Below, one piece after another: positions 19,593 to 29,215 of a DNA stretch of 64,000 nt; the first letter of the stretch is position 1; every line of letters starts with the position of its first letter. The translations under genes were made by a program, and so were the position numbers. The DNA lies in NCBI GenBank assembly GCA_002430735.1, contig DJCV01000017.1:17238-81237 (forward strand). Reading direction: 5' to 3'. The notes under the pieces are model-generated. The model worked only from the letters and a program-made list of their open reading frames with translations. It had not been told where the DNA came from and ran no database searches. The DNA comes from Candidatus Woesebacteria bacterium UBA5941 (GTDB lineage Bacteria; Patescibacteriota; Microgenomatia; UBA8517).

Positions 19593-20870
19593 ATGCGCAA
19601 ATTTTTTTATGTAAGACTTAACAAGTTTTGGAAAATATTGGGACCTGGTTTTACGACTGGAGCAGCTGACGATGATCCTTCAGGGATTGCAACCTATTCA
19701 CAAGCAGGGGCACAGTTTGGGCTTTCTATGTTATGGCTTGCTCCGCTTTCGTTTCCGTTAATGTCATTGGTACAAGAAATGTGCGCACGAATTGGTATTG
19801 CGACGGGTCGAGGACTTGCTGCAAATATAAGGCGCCATTTTCCACGCCCAATTTTATATTTCGTTACATTTCTACTCATTGGTGCAAATATTCTTAACAT
19901 TGGTGCAGATTTAGGGGCAATGGCACAAGCGCTGCAGCTCTTGATCCCAGTTCCGACACTGTATATTGTCGTGTTTTTCGCAGTTGTCAGTTTGTTGCTT
20001 CAGATTTTTCTTTCGTATGCGACATATGCGCGCTATCTAAAGTGGCTGGCTCTTATTTTACTGGCGTATGTGGTTTCTGCACTTTCCGTCTCCGGTATTG
20101 ATTGGAGCAAAGTACTTCTAAAAGCGGTGACTCCTGAATTTCTCTTCAATAGAGAATTTATCTTAATGGTTTGTGCCATCCTTGGTACAACGATTTCGCC
20201 ATATCTTTTCTTTTGGCAGACATCGCAAGAGGTAGAGGACGGTATTGAAAAAGGACGAACAAGTATTGCGAAGAGAGCAGATGCGGCAACACCAAAAGCA
20301 ATGCGCTCTATGCAAATAGATGTATGGTTTGGCATGCTTTTTAGTAATTTAATTATGTTTTTTATTATTGCAGCGACTGCATTCACCCTGTTTCAATCAG
20401 GAGCAGGCGAGATTACCTCAGCCGCAGATGCTGCACTCGCACTCCGACCATTTGTTGGTGATTTGTCATATATGATCTTCGCGCTTGGCATTATTGGAAC
20501 TGGATTGCTTGCAATCCCAGTCCTCGCCGGGTCTGCTGCATATGCGCTGAGTGAAAGTCTTGGGCTTCGCGAGGGTCTGAATAAAAAATGGCATCAGGCA
20601 GTGCCCTTTTATACCATTCTTATTTTCTCAGTCGTTGTTGGAGCACTGATCAATGTATTGGGCATAGACAGTATAAAAACACTAATCTACTCCGCCATTT
20701 TAAATGGTCTTGTCGCACCGTTTATTTTGATTGTGATCGTCTTACTTTCTCAGAACAAACAGGTTATGGGGAAGTATGTAAATAATCCAATAACCACAAT
20801 ATTTGGGTGGATTGTTGCAGGAATTATGTCTGTTGTAGGGGTGATAGCGGTGTATTCTTTGATACAATGA
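19593..20870 (+). CDS. mntH: NRAMP family divalent metal transporter
   Basis: LGPGFTTGAADDDPSGIATYSQAGAQFG Nramp signature; 11-12 TM. Confidence 0.85.
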   Translation: MRKFFYVRLNKFWKILGPGFTTGAADDDPSGIATYSQAGAQFGLSMLWLAPLSFPLMSLVQEMCARIGIATGRGLAANIRRHFPRPILYFVTFLLIGANILNIGADLGAMAQALQLLIPVPTLYIVVFFAVVSLLLQIFLSYATYARYLKWLALILLAYVVSALSVSGIDWSKVLLKAVTPEFLFNREFILMVCAILGTTISPYLFFWQTSQEVEDGIEKGRTSIAKRADAATPKAMRSMQIDVWFGMLFSNLIMFFIIAATAFTLFQSGAGEITSAADAALALRPFVGDLSYMIFALGIIGTGLLAIPVLAGSAAYALSESLGLREGLNKKWHQAVPFYTILIFSVVVGALINVLGIDSIKTLIYSAILNGLVAPFILIVIVLLSQNKQVMGKYVNNPITTIFGWIVAGIMSVVGVIAVYSLIQ

Positions 20871-20983
20871 TATGAAGAGGAGTCAGCAGTGCCCACAGTG
20901 CAAAAAAGCAATTGGAATACTGTCTGGGTCGCTTGATGCTATTTGCAAAAATTGTGGGTATAAAGATCCCTGTTGTGAGTAAT

Positions 20984-21703
20984 ATGAAAAAAACACTTCC
21001 CATTATTAGTTCAGTACTATTCCTGCTTTCAGCGGTCTCTCCTGTGAGTGCTGCATTTTTGACTGTTACCAAGGATGGAAGTGTCCGCACAAATGTATTG
21101 GGCGATGCAACATCCGAGAAGGGAGATATGAAAGTTGCTTCAGTTATTGCAAGTGCAAAACAGGTTGCAGATGCAACCTTGAGCATTATAAAAGATGGTG
21201 AGAAGAGCTTTCTATCTATTGAATCCCCAACTGGAAATGATCGAAAAGATGTGACTTCTTTGACCCAAGATATCGTAGAGATCGAACAAGATGATGCTCC
21301 TAAAACGATAACGATTGGGAAAGTTGACGACAATTTTGGTATATCCCAAGCAGGCATTACAGCGCTTACTTCGTATCCTATTCATATCAATGCGGAAGAT
21401 CGCACAATTTCAGTTGCAACGGGTTCAGGCGAGCGAATAGTTCACATCTTACCTGATGAAGCGGTTGAAACCTTAGTTCGCGCAAATATTATCAACGTGC
21501 TGTCTCAAGACGGTCAGGTGGTACTCGGAGAAAGTGATACTGGTGAATTAACCTATTCAATCCCAGCTGAGCGGAATATAAATCTGTTTAATATTCATAC
21601 AGTTCAAGTTCCTGTGAACACAACGGTGTCAGCAACAAGTGGAAAAGTATTGAAGATTGATCAGCCAAAATGGTTGACTCTGTTTGGATTCTTGTTTAGT
21701 TAA
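20984..21703 (+). CDS. secreted hypothetical protein
   Basis: ATG 20984; signal peptide MKKTLPIISSVLFLLSAVSPVSAAF. Confidence 0.5.
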   Translation: MKKTLPIISSVLFLLSAVSPVSAAFLTVTKDGSVRTNVLGDATSEKGDMKVASVIASAKQVADATLSIIKDGEKSFLSIESPTGNDRKDVTSLTQDIVEIEQDDAPKTITIGKVDDNFGISQAGITALTSYPIHINAEDRTISVATGSGERIVHILPDEAVETLVRANIINVLSQDGQVVLGESDTGELTYSIPAERNINLFNIHTVQVPVNTTVSATSGKVLKIDQPKWLTLFGFLFS

Positions 21704-21716
21704 AGGAGGTGCTTTT

Positions 21717-21962
21717 ATGAATATCACAATTTACTCAACAACAACCTGTCCGTATTGCAAAATGTTAAAGAATTATTTAACAGAAAAGGGAGTGGCATTT
21801 GAAGAAAAGCTAACTGACCAAGATCAAAAAATTCAAGAAGAAATGATTGCTGCTTCGAATGGCTTTTTAGGGGTACCCTTTACCGTTGTGACAAAAGCAG
21901 ACGGAAGTAAAGAACATATTATTGGCTTTGATAAAACAAAGATAGATAGTATAGTTGGTTAA
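21717..21962 (+). CDS. glutaredoxin-like protein (NrdH/YruB type)
   Basis: AAAGGAGGTG RBS; MNITIYSTTTCPYCKMLKNYL CPYC thioredoxin fold. Confidence 0.75.
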   Translation: MNITIYSTTTCPYCKMLKNYLTEKGVAFEEKLTDQDQKIQEEMIAASNGFLGVPFTVVTKADGSKEHIIGFDKTKIDSIVG

Positions 21963-21971
21963 ACCCTGCCC

Positions 21972-22628
21972 ATGATTTTTATTAACTTCAAGACATACGA
22001 AGAAGCTACTGGAGAGAAAGGTCTATCTCTCTTGAACGATATTGGGGAAGTCTCAAAGACCACAAACGTACCGCTAATACCTCTAGTGCAGCCTATTGAT
22101 TTAGGTTATTTCTCTGGAAAGACGCTCCTTCATTTGTGGTGCCAACATATTGATCCTATTACATATGGTGCACATACTGGGTGGGTTCTGCCTGAGGCGG
22201 TTGTCGGGCTTGCAGGGAAAGGTGTCTGCTTAAATCATTCTGAGCACCAAATTCCGATGGACGTATTGGTTCAATCGGTGAAACGAGCACAAGATGTCGG
22301 TTTAAAGACACTCGTTTTTGCGAAGGACGTCATGACCCTTCAAGAAATCTTAAAGCTTCGTCCGGATTATGTGTCCTATGAACCACCAGAGTTAGTAGGC
22401 AGTACGACAACTTCAGTTTCTCAAGCAAAGCCGGAGGTGATTTATGCTGCCGGAGAATTGTGTAAAAATGCAGGAATACCACTGATTGTAGGAGCTGGTA
22501 TCCATTCAACAGAGGATGTTCAAATTGCAATCGAGCGTGGAGCGCAAGGCGTTGCCGTCGCGACTGATGTGGTGAAATCCGCGGACCGAATTGAACGTTT
22601 GAAACAACTTCTTGCAGGATTTAAATAA
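21972..22628 (+). CDS. tpiA: triosephosphate isomerase, archaeal-type short form
   Basis: 218 aa; INFKTYEEATG, LNHSEHQ, YEPPELVGSTTTSVSQAKPE, IVGAGIHSTEDV. Confidence 0.7.
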   Translation: MIFINFKTYEEATGEKGLSLLNDIGEVSKTTNVPLIPLVQPIDLGYFSGKTLLHLWCQHIDPITYGAHTGWVLPEAVVGLAGKGVCLNHSEHQIPMDVLVQSVKRAQDVGLKTLVFAKDVMTLQEILKLRPDYVSYEPPELVGSTTTSVSQAKPEVIYAAGELCKNAGIPLIVGAGIHSTEDVQIAIERGAQGVAVATDVVKSADRIERLKQLLAGFK

Positions 22629-22681
22629 GCTTCAGATAGTTGTTCTTGCGATTGGGATACAAACTGGGCTATAGTGAGCCT

Positions 22682-23131
22682 GTGAAAATATACATTGGAG
22701 CAGATCACCGTGGGTACGAATTGAAGAACCATCTTACGCGGTATCTTGAGCGCGAAAAGATTTCTGTTCAAGACGTTGGTGCATTTACCCTTGATCCCAA
22801 AGATGACTACACCCTCTATGCACAAAAGGTTGCGTCGTTGGTTTCATCCCACCCTGAAGATTTAGGTATTCTCTTATGCGGCTCAGGAGTAGGGGTAGAT
22901 GTGACGGCAAATAAGTTTGATAAAGTACGCGCTTCAATAGGTCTCTCTCCTGAACAAGTAACGGCAGGTCGTGCACACGATGATATGAATGTGTTAGTGA
23001 TTGCTGCGGATTTTACAAAAGAGCACGCAGCGCAACAGCTTGTTCACAGCTTTATCCACACTTCTTTTGATGCGCTAAAACGACATAAAGATCGATTGCT
23101 TGAGATAGAACGCATCGAAGAAAACAATTAA
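22682..23131 (+). CDS. rpiB: ribose-5-phosphate isomerase B
   Basis: KIYIGADHRGYELK, ILLCGSGVGVDVTANKF; track start 22640 is TTG, likely start GTG 22682. Confidence 0.8.
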   Translation: MKIYIGADHRGYELKNHLTRYLEREKISVQDVGAFTLDPKDDYTLYAQKVASLVSSHPEDLGILLCGSGVGVDVTANKFDKVRASIGLSPEQVTAGRAHDDMNVLVIAADFTKEHAAQQLVHSFIHTSFDALKRHKDRLLEIERIEENN

Positions 23132-23134
23132 CGA

Positions 23135-24196
23135 ATGGAACATACAGTACCCACGATTGATCAAAAAGATTACGCTGGAAAACGAGTTATTGTCAGAGCA
23201 GACCTTGATGTTAAATTTGATGAACGCAATGAAGTCAAAGATGATGCACGATTGCAAGAGCTTCTGCCAACGTTGAATTATTTATTAGAAAAAGGTGCAC
23301 AAAAAGTAACGCTTATTGGTCACATGGGGAGGCCCGACGGAGAGCCAAATAGCACATTTAGCTTGGCCCCCTTGGAACAGTATTTCAAGACACACTATAC
23401 TCCAGACGTTGCATTTCTTCCGCATCGCCCAATGAGCACATTTCATGAGACGTATGATGAATTCTCAAGAATTCAGGCGAGACTCGTCATTCTAGAAAAT
23501 CTTCGCTTTTACAAAGAAGAAGAGAATAATGGGCAAAACCTAGGAGAGGAATTGTCGTATTTTGGTGACGCGTATGTAAACGACGCGTTTGCGAGCTCTC
23601 ACCGTGAGCATGCGTCTATTGTTGGATTACCCAAAATAATGAAGTCAAAAAATCCTGATTCTGTTGCCGCTGGTACTCATTTGGCTCAAGAAATTCAAAT
23701 GCTTTCAAAGGTTCGCGAAAGCCAACAACATCCCGTTATATTCTTGATTAGTGGACTCAAAGAAGACAAACTGACCTTTTTACCTCAATTTAAAACAATG
23801 GCGGACCAGATTTTGATTGCCGGAAGACTCCCGGACTTTATGCCAGAAGATCAGGGCGACCCTCAACTGGTTGTCGCACGACTCAATCCCGATAAAGAAG
23901 ATATTACTGTTCACTCAATTGAACAGTTTGAGCAAATTATTTCAAGCGCACGAACCATTTTTGTGAGCGGACCGATGGGCAAATTCGAAGAACCTGGGCA
24001 TCGACTTGGTACCCAACGGATATTTGAAGCAGTGGCTAAAGCAAGTGCGCTAAAAATTGCAGGTGGTGGGGATACAACATCCGCAATCACCATGCTAAAA
24101 CTAACGGAAAGTTTTGATTGGATCTCTACAGGAGGGGGAGCGAGTTTAGAATTTATTGCAAAAGGCAGCTTGCCTGGAATTGACATCCTCAGGTGA
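23135..24196 (+). CDS. pgk: phosphoglycerate kinase (short form)
   Basis: RVIVRADLDV, TLIGHMGRPDGEPN, ENLRFYKEEENN, NDAFASSHREHAS, GGGDT. Confidence 0.8.
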   Translation: MEHTVPTIDQKDYAGKRVIVRADLDVKFDERNEVKDDARLQELLPTLNYLLEKGAQKVTLIGHMGRPDGEPNSTFSLAPLEQYFKTHYTPDVAFLPHRPMSTFHETYDEFSRIQARLVILENLRFYKEEENNGQNLGEELSYFGDAYVNDAFASSHREHASIVGLPKIMKSKNPDSVAAGTHLAQEIQMLSKVRESQQHPVIFLISGLKEDKLTFLPQFKTMADQILIAGRLPDFMPEDQGDPQLVVARLNPDKEDITVHSIEQFEQIISSARTIFVSGPMGKFEEPGHRLGTQRIFEAVAKASALKIAGGGDTTSAITMLKLTESFDWISTGGGASLEFIAKGSLPGIDILR

Positions 24197-24236
24197 AAAA
24201 GGAGAAACACTAGAAAGCGTTTCTCCTGTCATCACA

Positions 24237-24650
24237 TCAAAATACTGACGTGATTGCGTAAAACAAAAGATGACCTACAACCATTAAGTACACCGTTGTG
24301 CCTAGAAAAAGCAGCACAACGAACGATACAAACGAGACTTTCTTGTCATCGAGTAATCCAGTAAATTCCGTTGACAGCTCAGTCGTTGCGCGAGGCAACA
24401 CCAACAACACATCGCTCGCACACTTTACCTTTATAATCGCTTCGTTGAGCCATTCAAGCTCCTCGAACAAATACAAGATCGCAGTTCCAACAACAATCGC
24501 ACAGATGGTCGCAATCCAACTGAATACAGCCAGAAATGCGAAATACAAAATGTTTCGCTCTGCGGCTACTACTTCATAGATCGGCGTCGCAAGAACTGAC
24601 ATTACAATAGGAATTAACAGATATACGACTGTTCGCACTAAGCTATTCAC
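24237..24650 (-). CDS. hypothetical membrane protein
   Basis: Four hydrophobic helices; no family recognised. Confidence 0.4.
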   Translation of the reverse strand: MNSLVRTVVYLLIPIVMSVLATPIYEVVAAERNILYFAFLAVFSWIATICAIVVGTAILYLFEELEWLNEAIIKVKCASDVLLVLPRATTELSTEFTGLLDDKKVSFVSFVVLLFLGTTVYLMVVGHLLFYAITSVF

Positions 24651-24712
24651 GATATCCTATCTCCACTTATACTCAGTTGCCGCATTATATTCGATATTAT
24701 GCAAGGTTTCCA

Positions 24713-24741
24713 TTGCTTGGTTTGGAAAGTGGTCATATACT
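24713..24741 (+). promoter_or_regulatory. sigma70-like promoter TTGCTT-17nt-TATACT ending 6 nt before the gap ATG (leaderless-type)
   Basis: Hexamers at 24713-24718 and 24736-24741 read directly; gap ATG at 24748. Confidence 0.45.
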
Positions 24742-24747
24742 GGATAT

Positions 24748-25857
24748 ATGGTAAAAGTTGGGATAAACGGATTTGGTCGTATTGGGCGGTTGGCACTCCG
24801 TGTATCTCTTTTGCATCACCAAAATGAGGTCCAAGTTGTTGCGATTAATACCTCCGGTTCAATGGATACCGCGGGGTGGGCGCATTTAGTCAATTACGAC
24901 ACTACATACCGAAAATTCGCGCACGAGATCTTGGCTGAAGAAGTGAAACCTTCAAAAGAAGCCACAGACGAAGATCCATTAATTGGGTATTTAAAAGTTT
25001 CAGGGACCGATATTAAAATTCCAGTATTTGCTCAAAAAGACCCGACCAAAATTCCATGGGGGAAGTATGGTGCTGATGTTGTAATTGAATCAACCGGTAA
25101 ATTTATTACGGCAGAGGACGCATCAAAACATGCCACAGGAGGTGCCAAGCGTGTGGTTATTTCTGCCCCTGGAAAGGGATCAAATGTGAATACCTACGTA
25201 ATCGGGGTAAACGAGTATCAGGGAACAAATACCGTTCTTTCCAATGCGAGTTGTACCACAAATTGCATTGCGCCAGTTGCAGCAGTTCTTCATGCAAAGT
25301 TTGGCATTGAAAAAGCAATGATGACAACCATTCACGCCTACACTGATGATCAAAATCTGCAAGATAATTCCCACCGTGATTTGCGTCGTGCGCGAGCTGC
25401 TGGTGAGAATATTATTCCGACATCAACTGGAGCTGCGGTTGCCGTCACTGAAACTATTCCAGAGCTAAAAGGTTTATTCGATGGGCAAGCACTGAGAGTA
25501 CCTGTTGTTACTGGCTCAATTACTGACTTTACGATCCTCCTGAAACAAAATGTAACGGTTGATCAGGTAAACCAAGCGTTTAAGGACGCAACAGAAAACA
25601 TGTTGTATAAAGGTATTCTAGCGGCCTCAAATGAGCCACTCGTCAGCAGCGATATTATTGGGAGAAGCGAGTCTTCGATCGTTGATCTTTCGATGACACA
25701 AGTCGTTGGTGGGAACTTTATCAAAGTGTTTGCATGGTATGACAACGAGTGGGGGTATACGAATCGACTTGTTGAACAAGTTATCAGAGTAGGGCGAACA
25801 CTTGATTCTCACGTTGCTCCAACGGATCCAATTACGGCAACATTTCAAACGCCGTAA
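24748..25857 (+). CDS. gap: glyceraldehyde-3-phosphate dehydrogenase, type I
   Basis: VKVGINGFGRIGR, SNASCTTNCIAP, WYDNEWGY. Confidence 0.95.
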   Translation: MVKVGINGFGRIGRLALRVSLLHHQNEVQVVAINTSGSMDTAGWAHLVNYDTTYRKFAHEILAEEVKPSKEATDEDPLIGYLKVSGTDIKIPVFAQKDPTKIPWGKYGADVVIESTGKFITAEDASKHATGGAKRVVISAPGKGSNVNTYVIGVNEYQGTNTVLSNASCTTNCIAPVAAVLHAKFGIEKAMMTTIHAYTDDQNLQDNSHRDLRRARAAGENIIPTSTGAAVAVTETIPELKGLFDGQALRVPVVTGSITDFTILLKQNVTVDQVNQAFKDATENMLYKGILAASNEPLVSSDIIGRSESSIVDLSMTQVVGGNFIKVFAWYDNEWGYTNRLVEQVIRVGRTLDSHVAPTDPITATFQTP

Positions 25858-25897
25858 ATTGCTATACTTATAAAAACCTACAATAGGAGGTATTCAG

Positions 25898-26029
25898 ATG
25901 CGTATCATTGGTCGAGTGTTTCGGTGTGTTTTGACGAGGTTTTTTTATCAGCTCAATTGTGCGACTGTTTCCATTCAACGATGGTGGGAAACGCGAATAG
26001 TGGAAATGTTGGCTGAACGCGCAGATTGA
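25898..26029 (+). CDS. small ORF (43 aa) with consensus RBS and strong terminator; could alternatively be a small RNA
   Basis: AGGAGG 7 nt upstream of ATG; MRIIGRVFRCVLTRFFYQLNCATVSIQRWWETRIVEMLAERAD; not in the ORF track. Confidence 0.35.
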   Translation: MRIIGRVFRCVLTRFFYQLNCATVSIQRWWETRIVEMLAERAD

Positions 26030-26048
26030 GGTTCGGATTATCCTGAAT

Positions 26049-26074
26049 GGGTGGCAATATGCCACCCTTTTTTT
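26049..26074 (+). terminator. rho-independent terminator (GGGTGGC-aatat-GCCACCC + T7)
   Basis: Perfect 7-bp GC-rich stem and 7 T read directly. Confidence 0.7.
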
Positions 26075-26087
26075 GATACACTAAGTG

Positions 26088-26732
26088 ATGCTCATAATCC
26101 CCGCGATATTAACGAACGACCCCGATGAAGCCCGAAGTTTATTGGCGCTCTGTGAAGATAAAGTGAAACGCATTCAGATCGATATCATCGATGGCGAGTT
26201 TGCTAACAATAAGACCATCACTCCTGTTGTGTTTGAGGATTCAGAAACGAAAGTATTTATCGATTATCATTTGATGGTTAATGACCCAATCAATTGGATT
26301 GCACAATGTGCCCGAGGCGCAGGAGATCGGGTCATTGGTCAAATCGAAATGATGCCAAACCAGGAAGCATTTATTTTGAAAGCGCAAGAACTTGGTATTG
26401 ATGTGGGGCTTGCCATTGATCTTGAAACCCCCGTACACAAACTGGATCACTCCCTATTTGCTGATTTAGATGTCATTCTCGTTATGAGTGTGAAAGCTGG
26501 GTTTGGAGGCCAAGAGTTCCACCACGAATCCTTAGAAAAAATTAAAGAATTGGCCCGTATTCGGGACGAACATGGATATTCGTACAACATTTGTGATGAC
26601 GGTGGAATAACAACTGCCGTGGTCGATAATCTCGCTCGAGAAGGGGCGGATGAAGTTGCTGTTGGGAAAAGAATCTTTGAAGGAGACTTGGAAGAAAATA
26701 TTGAGCAATTCAAAAAGGCGGCAATAAGGTAA
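26088..26732 (+). CDS. rpe: ribulose-phosphate 3-epimerase
   Basis: IIPAILTNDPD, QIDIIDGEFANN, YHLMVNDP, MSVKAGFGGQEF, DDGGIT; track start GTG 26085, ATG at 26088. Confidence 0.85.
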   Translation: MLIIPAILTNDPDEARSLLALCEDKVKRIQIDIIDGEFANNKTITPVVFEDSETKVFIDYHLMVNDPINWIAQCARGAGDRVIGQIEMMPNQEAFILKAQELGIDVGLAIDLETPVHKLDHSLFADLDVILVMSVKAGFGGQEFHHESLEKIKELARIRDEHGYSYNICDDGGITTAVVDNLAREGADEVAVGKRIFEGDLEENIEQFKKAAIR

Positions 26733-26742
26733 TATAAAAGAT

Positions 26743-27381
26743 ATGGCACATCAAAGCGAAGAACACGCATTTATCAGTAGACCAATTATTAAAAACATCG
26801 CCTTCTTCGGTGATGCAAACTTAAATCCGACGACTGACGTATATAAAGATGCCTTTGCCATTGCACAAACACTTGCAGAACAAGGATTTACGATTGTAGA
26901 TGGTGGTGGTCCTGGGGTAATGGATGCTGCGACGAAAGGTGCAGTCGCAGGTCATGGTGAAACGATTTCAGTGACATTTTATCCAAAAGAAGCTCCCGGG
27001 TTTGAAGGACGATATGTGGGGAACGTTACCGACCTTGAAATTAAAACTACAAATTACATCGAGCGAATGTTTAAGCTCATGGAACATGCCGATGTTTTTG
27101 TGATCTTTAATGGTGGAACGGGTACACTTTCAGAGTTTGGTACCGCTTGGGTGCTCGCCAAGCTCTATTATGGGCACCATAAGCCATTTATCCTTTTCGG
27201 TGACTTTTGGATCCCAATTATTGATGCAATTAAAAGTAATATGTATATCGATCGAAAGGAAATGGCGGTATTTGAGATTGTCACCAGAAGAGAAGATGTT
27301 CTCCCAACCATTCAGCGGTTTGAAAAGAAAGCACGATCAATTGCCAGTGAATTGAAACATGCTCACGAACATGGCCACTAA
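26743..27381 (+). CDS. LOG family / TIGR00730 Rossmann-fold nucleotide-binding protein
   Basis: IVDGGGPGVMDAATKGA, NGGTGTLSEFGTAW. Confidence 0.8.
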   Translation: MAHQSEEHAFISRPIIKNIAFFGDANLNPTTDVYKDAFAIAQTLAEQGFTIVDGGGPGVMDAATKGAVAGHGETISVTFYPKEAPGFEGRYVGNVTDLEIKTTNYIERMFKLMEHADVFVIFNGGTGTLSEFGTAWVLAKLYYGHHKPFILFGDFWIPIIDAIKSNMYIDRKEMAVFEIVTRREDVLPTIQRFEKKARSIASELKHAHEHGH

Positions 27382-28201
27382 TCTTCCTCAAGACGAACTT
27401 CGCGCGCACGCTCAGGCCATTCGTATCGACATCATAAAAATGCTGAACCAAGCTGGATCCGGTCATGCGGGTGGATCTTTAGGCATGGCTGATATTTTTA
27501 CTGCGCTGTACTTTAGGGTCATGCATCATGAGCCAGAGAACCCATTGTGGGAAGATCGCGATCGTCTTTTTTTAAGTAACGGACATATCGTTCCTGTTCG
27601 GTATGCAGCCATGGCACACGCTGGCTATTTTCCGATTAGTGCGCTCAAAACGCTACGGAAGCTCGACTCTGATTTACAAGGACATCCAGAGCGAGTGCGC
27701 ATGCCTGCCTTGGAGACGACGTCAGGACCACTTGGGAGTGGATTAGGACAAGCCGCAGGCTATGCTTATGCTGCACGGATGGACAATAGACGTTTTCGTG
27801 TTTACTGCGTAACAAGCGATGGAGAGCATAACGAGGGGAACCATTGGGAAGCTGTGATGTTTGCAGCAAAATACAAGCTTTCTCATTTAACGCTGTTTAT
27901 TGATCGAAATAATATTCAAATTGATGGATTCACAAACGATGTTATGCCGCTTGAGCCATTGAGCGAAAAATATAAAGCCTTTAATTGGAATGTGATTCAA
28001 ATTGATGGACATGATTTTTATCAGATTTTGTCAGCAGTTGAACAAGCTCGGAGTGAATATCAACGCCCCACTGTTATTATTGCCAAGACAATCCCGGGTA
28101 AAGGCGTGAGTTTTATGGAAAATAAATTTGAATGGCACGGAAAGGTACCGAACGATGAGGAGGCAAAACGCGCTATAAAAGAACTACAAAAAAATGCTTA
28201 A
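27359..28201 (+). CDS. tktA: transketolase, N-terminal subunit (split transketolase)
   Basis: SGHAGGSLGMADIFTALYF TPP-binding; ATG 27359 overlaps the LOG gene by 23 nt, alternative ATG at 27371. Confidence 0.9.
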   Translation: MLTNMATNLPQDELRAHAQAIRIDIIKMLNQAGSGHAGGSLGMADIFTALYFRVMHHEPENPLWEDRDRLFLSNGHIVPVRYAAMAHAGYFPISALKTLRKLDSDLQGHPERVRMPALETTSGPLGSGLGQAAGYAYAARMDNRRFRVYCVTSDGEHNEGNHWEAVMFAAKYKLSHLTLFIDRNNIQIDGFTNDVMPLEPLSEKYKAFNWNVIQIDGHDFYQILSAVEQARSEYQRPTVIIAKTIPGKGVSFMENKFEWHGKVPNDEEAKRAIKELQKNA

Positions 28202-29189
28202 TAAAACAGCACACGTATCAGAAGCCATGTTTTCAAAGAAGATTGAGTCAGTTCCTGTTCGCGACGGGTTTGGAGAGGGGATGGTTCGTTTGGGACGAGA
28301 AAATCCACTTGTTGTTGCATTAACGGCTGACCTGAAAGAATCAACACGGATTCACCGGTTTGCAGCAGAATTTCCTGATCGGTTTATTGAGTGTGGGGTG
28401 AGTGAACAGGGAATGATCACCGTTGCTTCCGGACTTGCAAATTATGGCAAGATTCCATTTGCGTGTTCATTCGCCGCATTTAGCCCTGGACGCAATTGGG
28501 AACAAATTCGAACAACAATCTGTCTTAATGATGTCCCTGTTAAAATTGCAGGATTGTTTGTTGGTGTTACGGTAGGAGCTGATGGAGCAACACATCAAAT
28601 GCTTGAAGATATTAGCCTAATGCGATCACTTCCAAACATGATCGTTGTAGCACCCAGTGATGCAATTGAAGCTCGGAAAGCGGTTATTGCAGCAGCTTCC
28701 ATCAATAAGCCAGTGTACTTACGCATTCCTCGCGTTGAGTCACCTGTATATACCACTGAGGAGACACCATTTGAGATTGGGAAAGCGGTAACGATCTGGG
28801 AAGAAAAAAATCCGCAAGTTACAATCATTGCACACGGGGTGATGGTGTATGAGAGTTTACTTGCTGCACGTGAATTATCAAAAAAGGGAATTATGTCGAT
28901 TGTTATTAATTGCCATACGATAAAACCACTAGATGATCAAGCAATTATTCATGCAGCGAAATTAACAGACGCAGTGGTTGTTGCTGAAGAACATCAACAA
29001 TCAGGCGGACTTGGAGGAGCAATTTCAGAACTATTGGGACAACAATATCCAGCGTATATAGAAATTGTTGGAGTAGCTGACTCATTTGGACAAAGTGGAA
29101 AACCAAAGGAACTTCTTGAACGGTACGGTTTAACTGCTGAACACATTGCTCAAGCAGCTCGCCGTGTTATTAAGCGAAAAAACAGTTAA
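28194..29189 (+). CDS. tktB: transketolase, C-terminal subunit
   Basis: Pyrimidine-binding and C-terminal domains; FIECGVSEQGMITVASGLA. Confidence 0.9.
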   Translation: MLNKTAHVSEAMFSKKIESVPVRDGFGEGMVRLGRENPLVVALTADLKESTRIHRFAAEFPDRFIECGVSEQGMITVASGLANYGKIPFACSFAAFSPGRNWEQIRTTICLNDVPVKIAGLFVGVTVGADGATHQMLEDISLMRSLPNMIVVAPSDAIEARKAVIAAASINKPVYLRIPRVESPVYTTEETPFEIGKAVTIWEEKNPQVTIIAHGVMVYESLLAARELSKKGIMSIVINCHTIKPLDDQAIIHAAKLTDAVVVAEEHQQSGGLGGAISELLGQQYPAYIEIVGVADSFGQSGKPKELLERYGLTAEHIAQAARRVIKRKNS

Positions 29190-29215
29190 CCATTTCTGGT
29201 GTGTTAATCTAAATT

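Noticed and set aside
25868-26065. 65-aa minus-strand ORF in the gap-rpe spacer
   Set aside because: It has a GTG start inside the terminator hairpin and no RBS. The + strand small ORF with AGGAGG plus terminator explains the region better.
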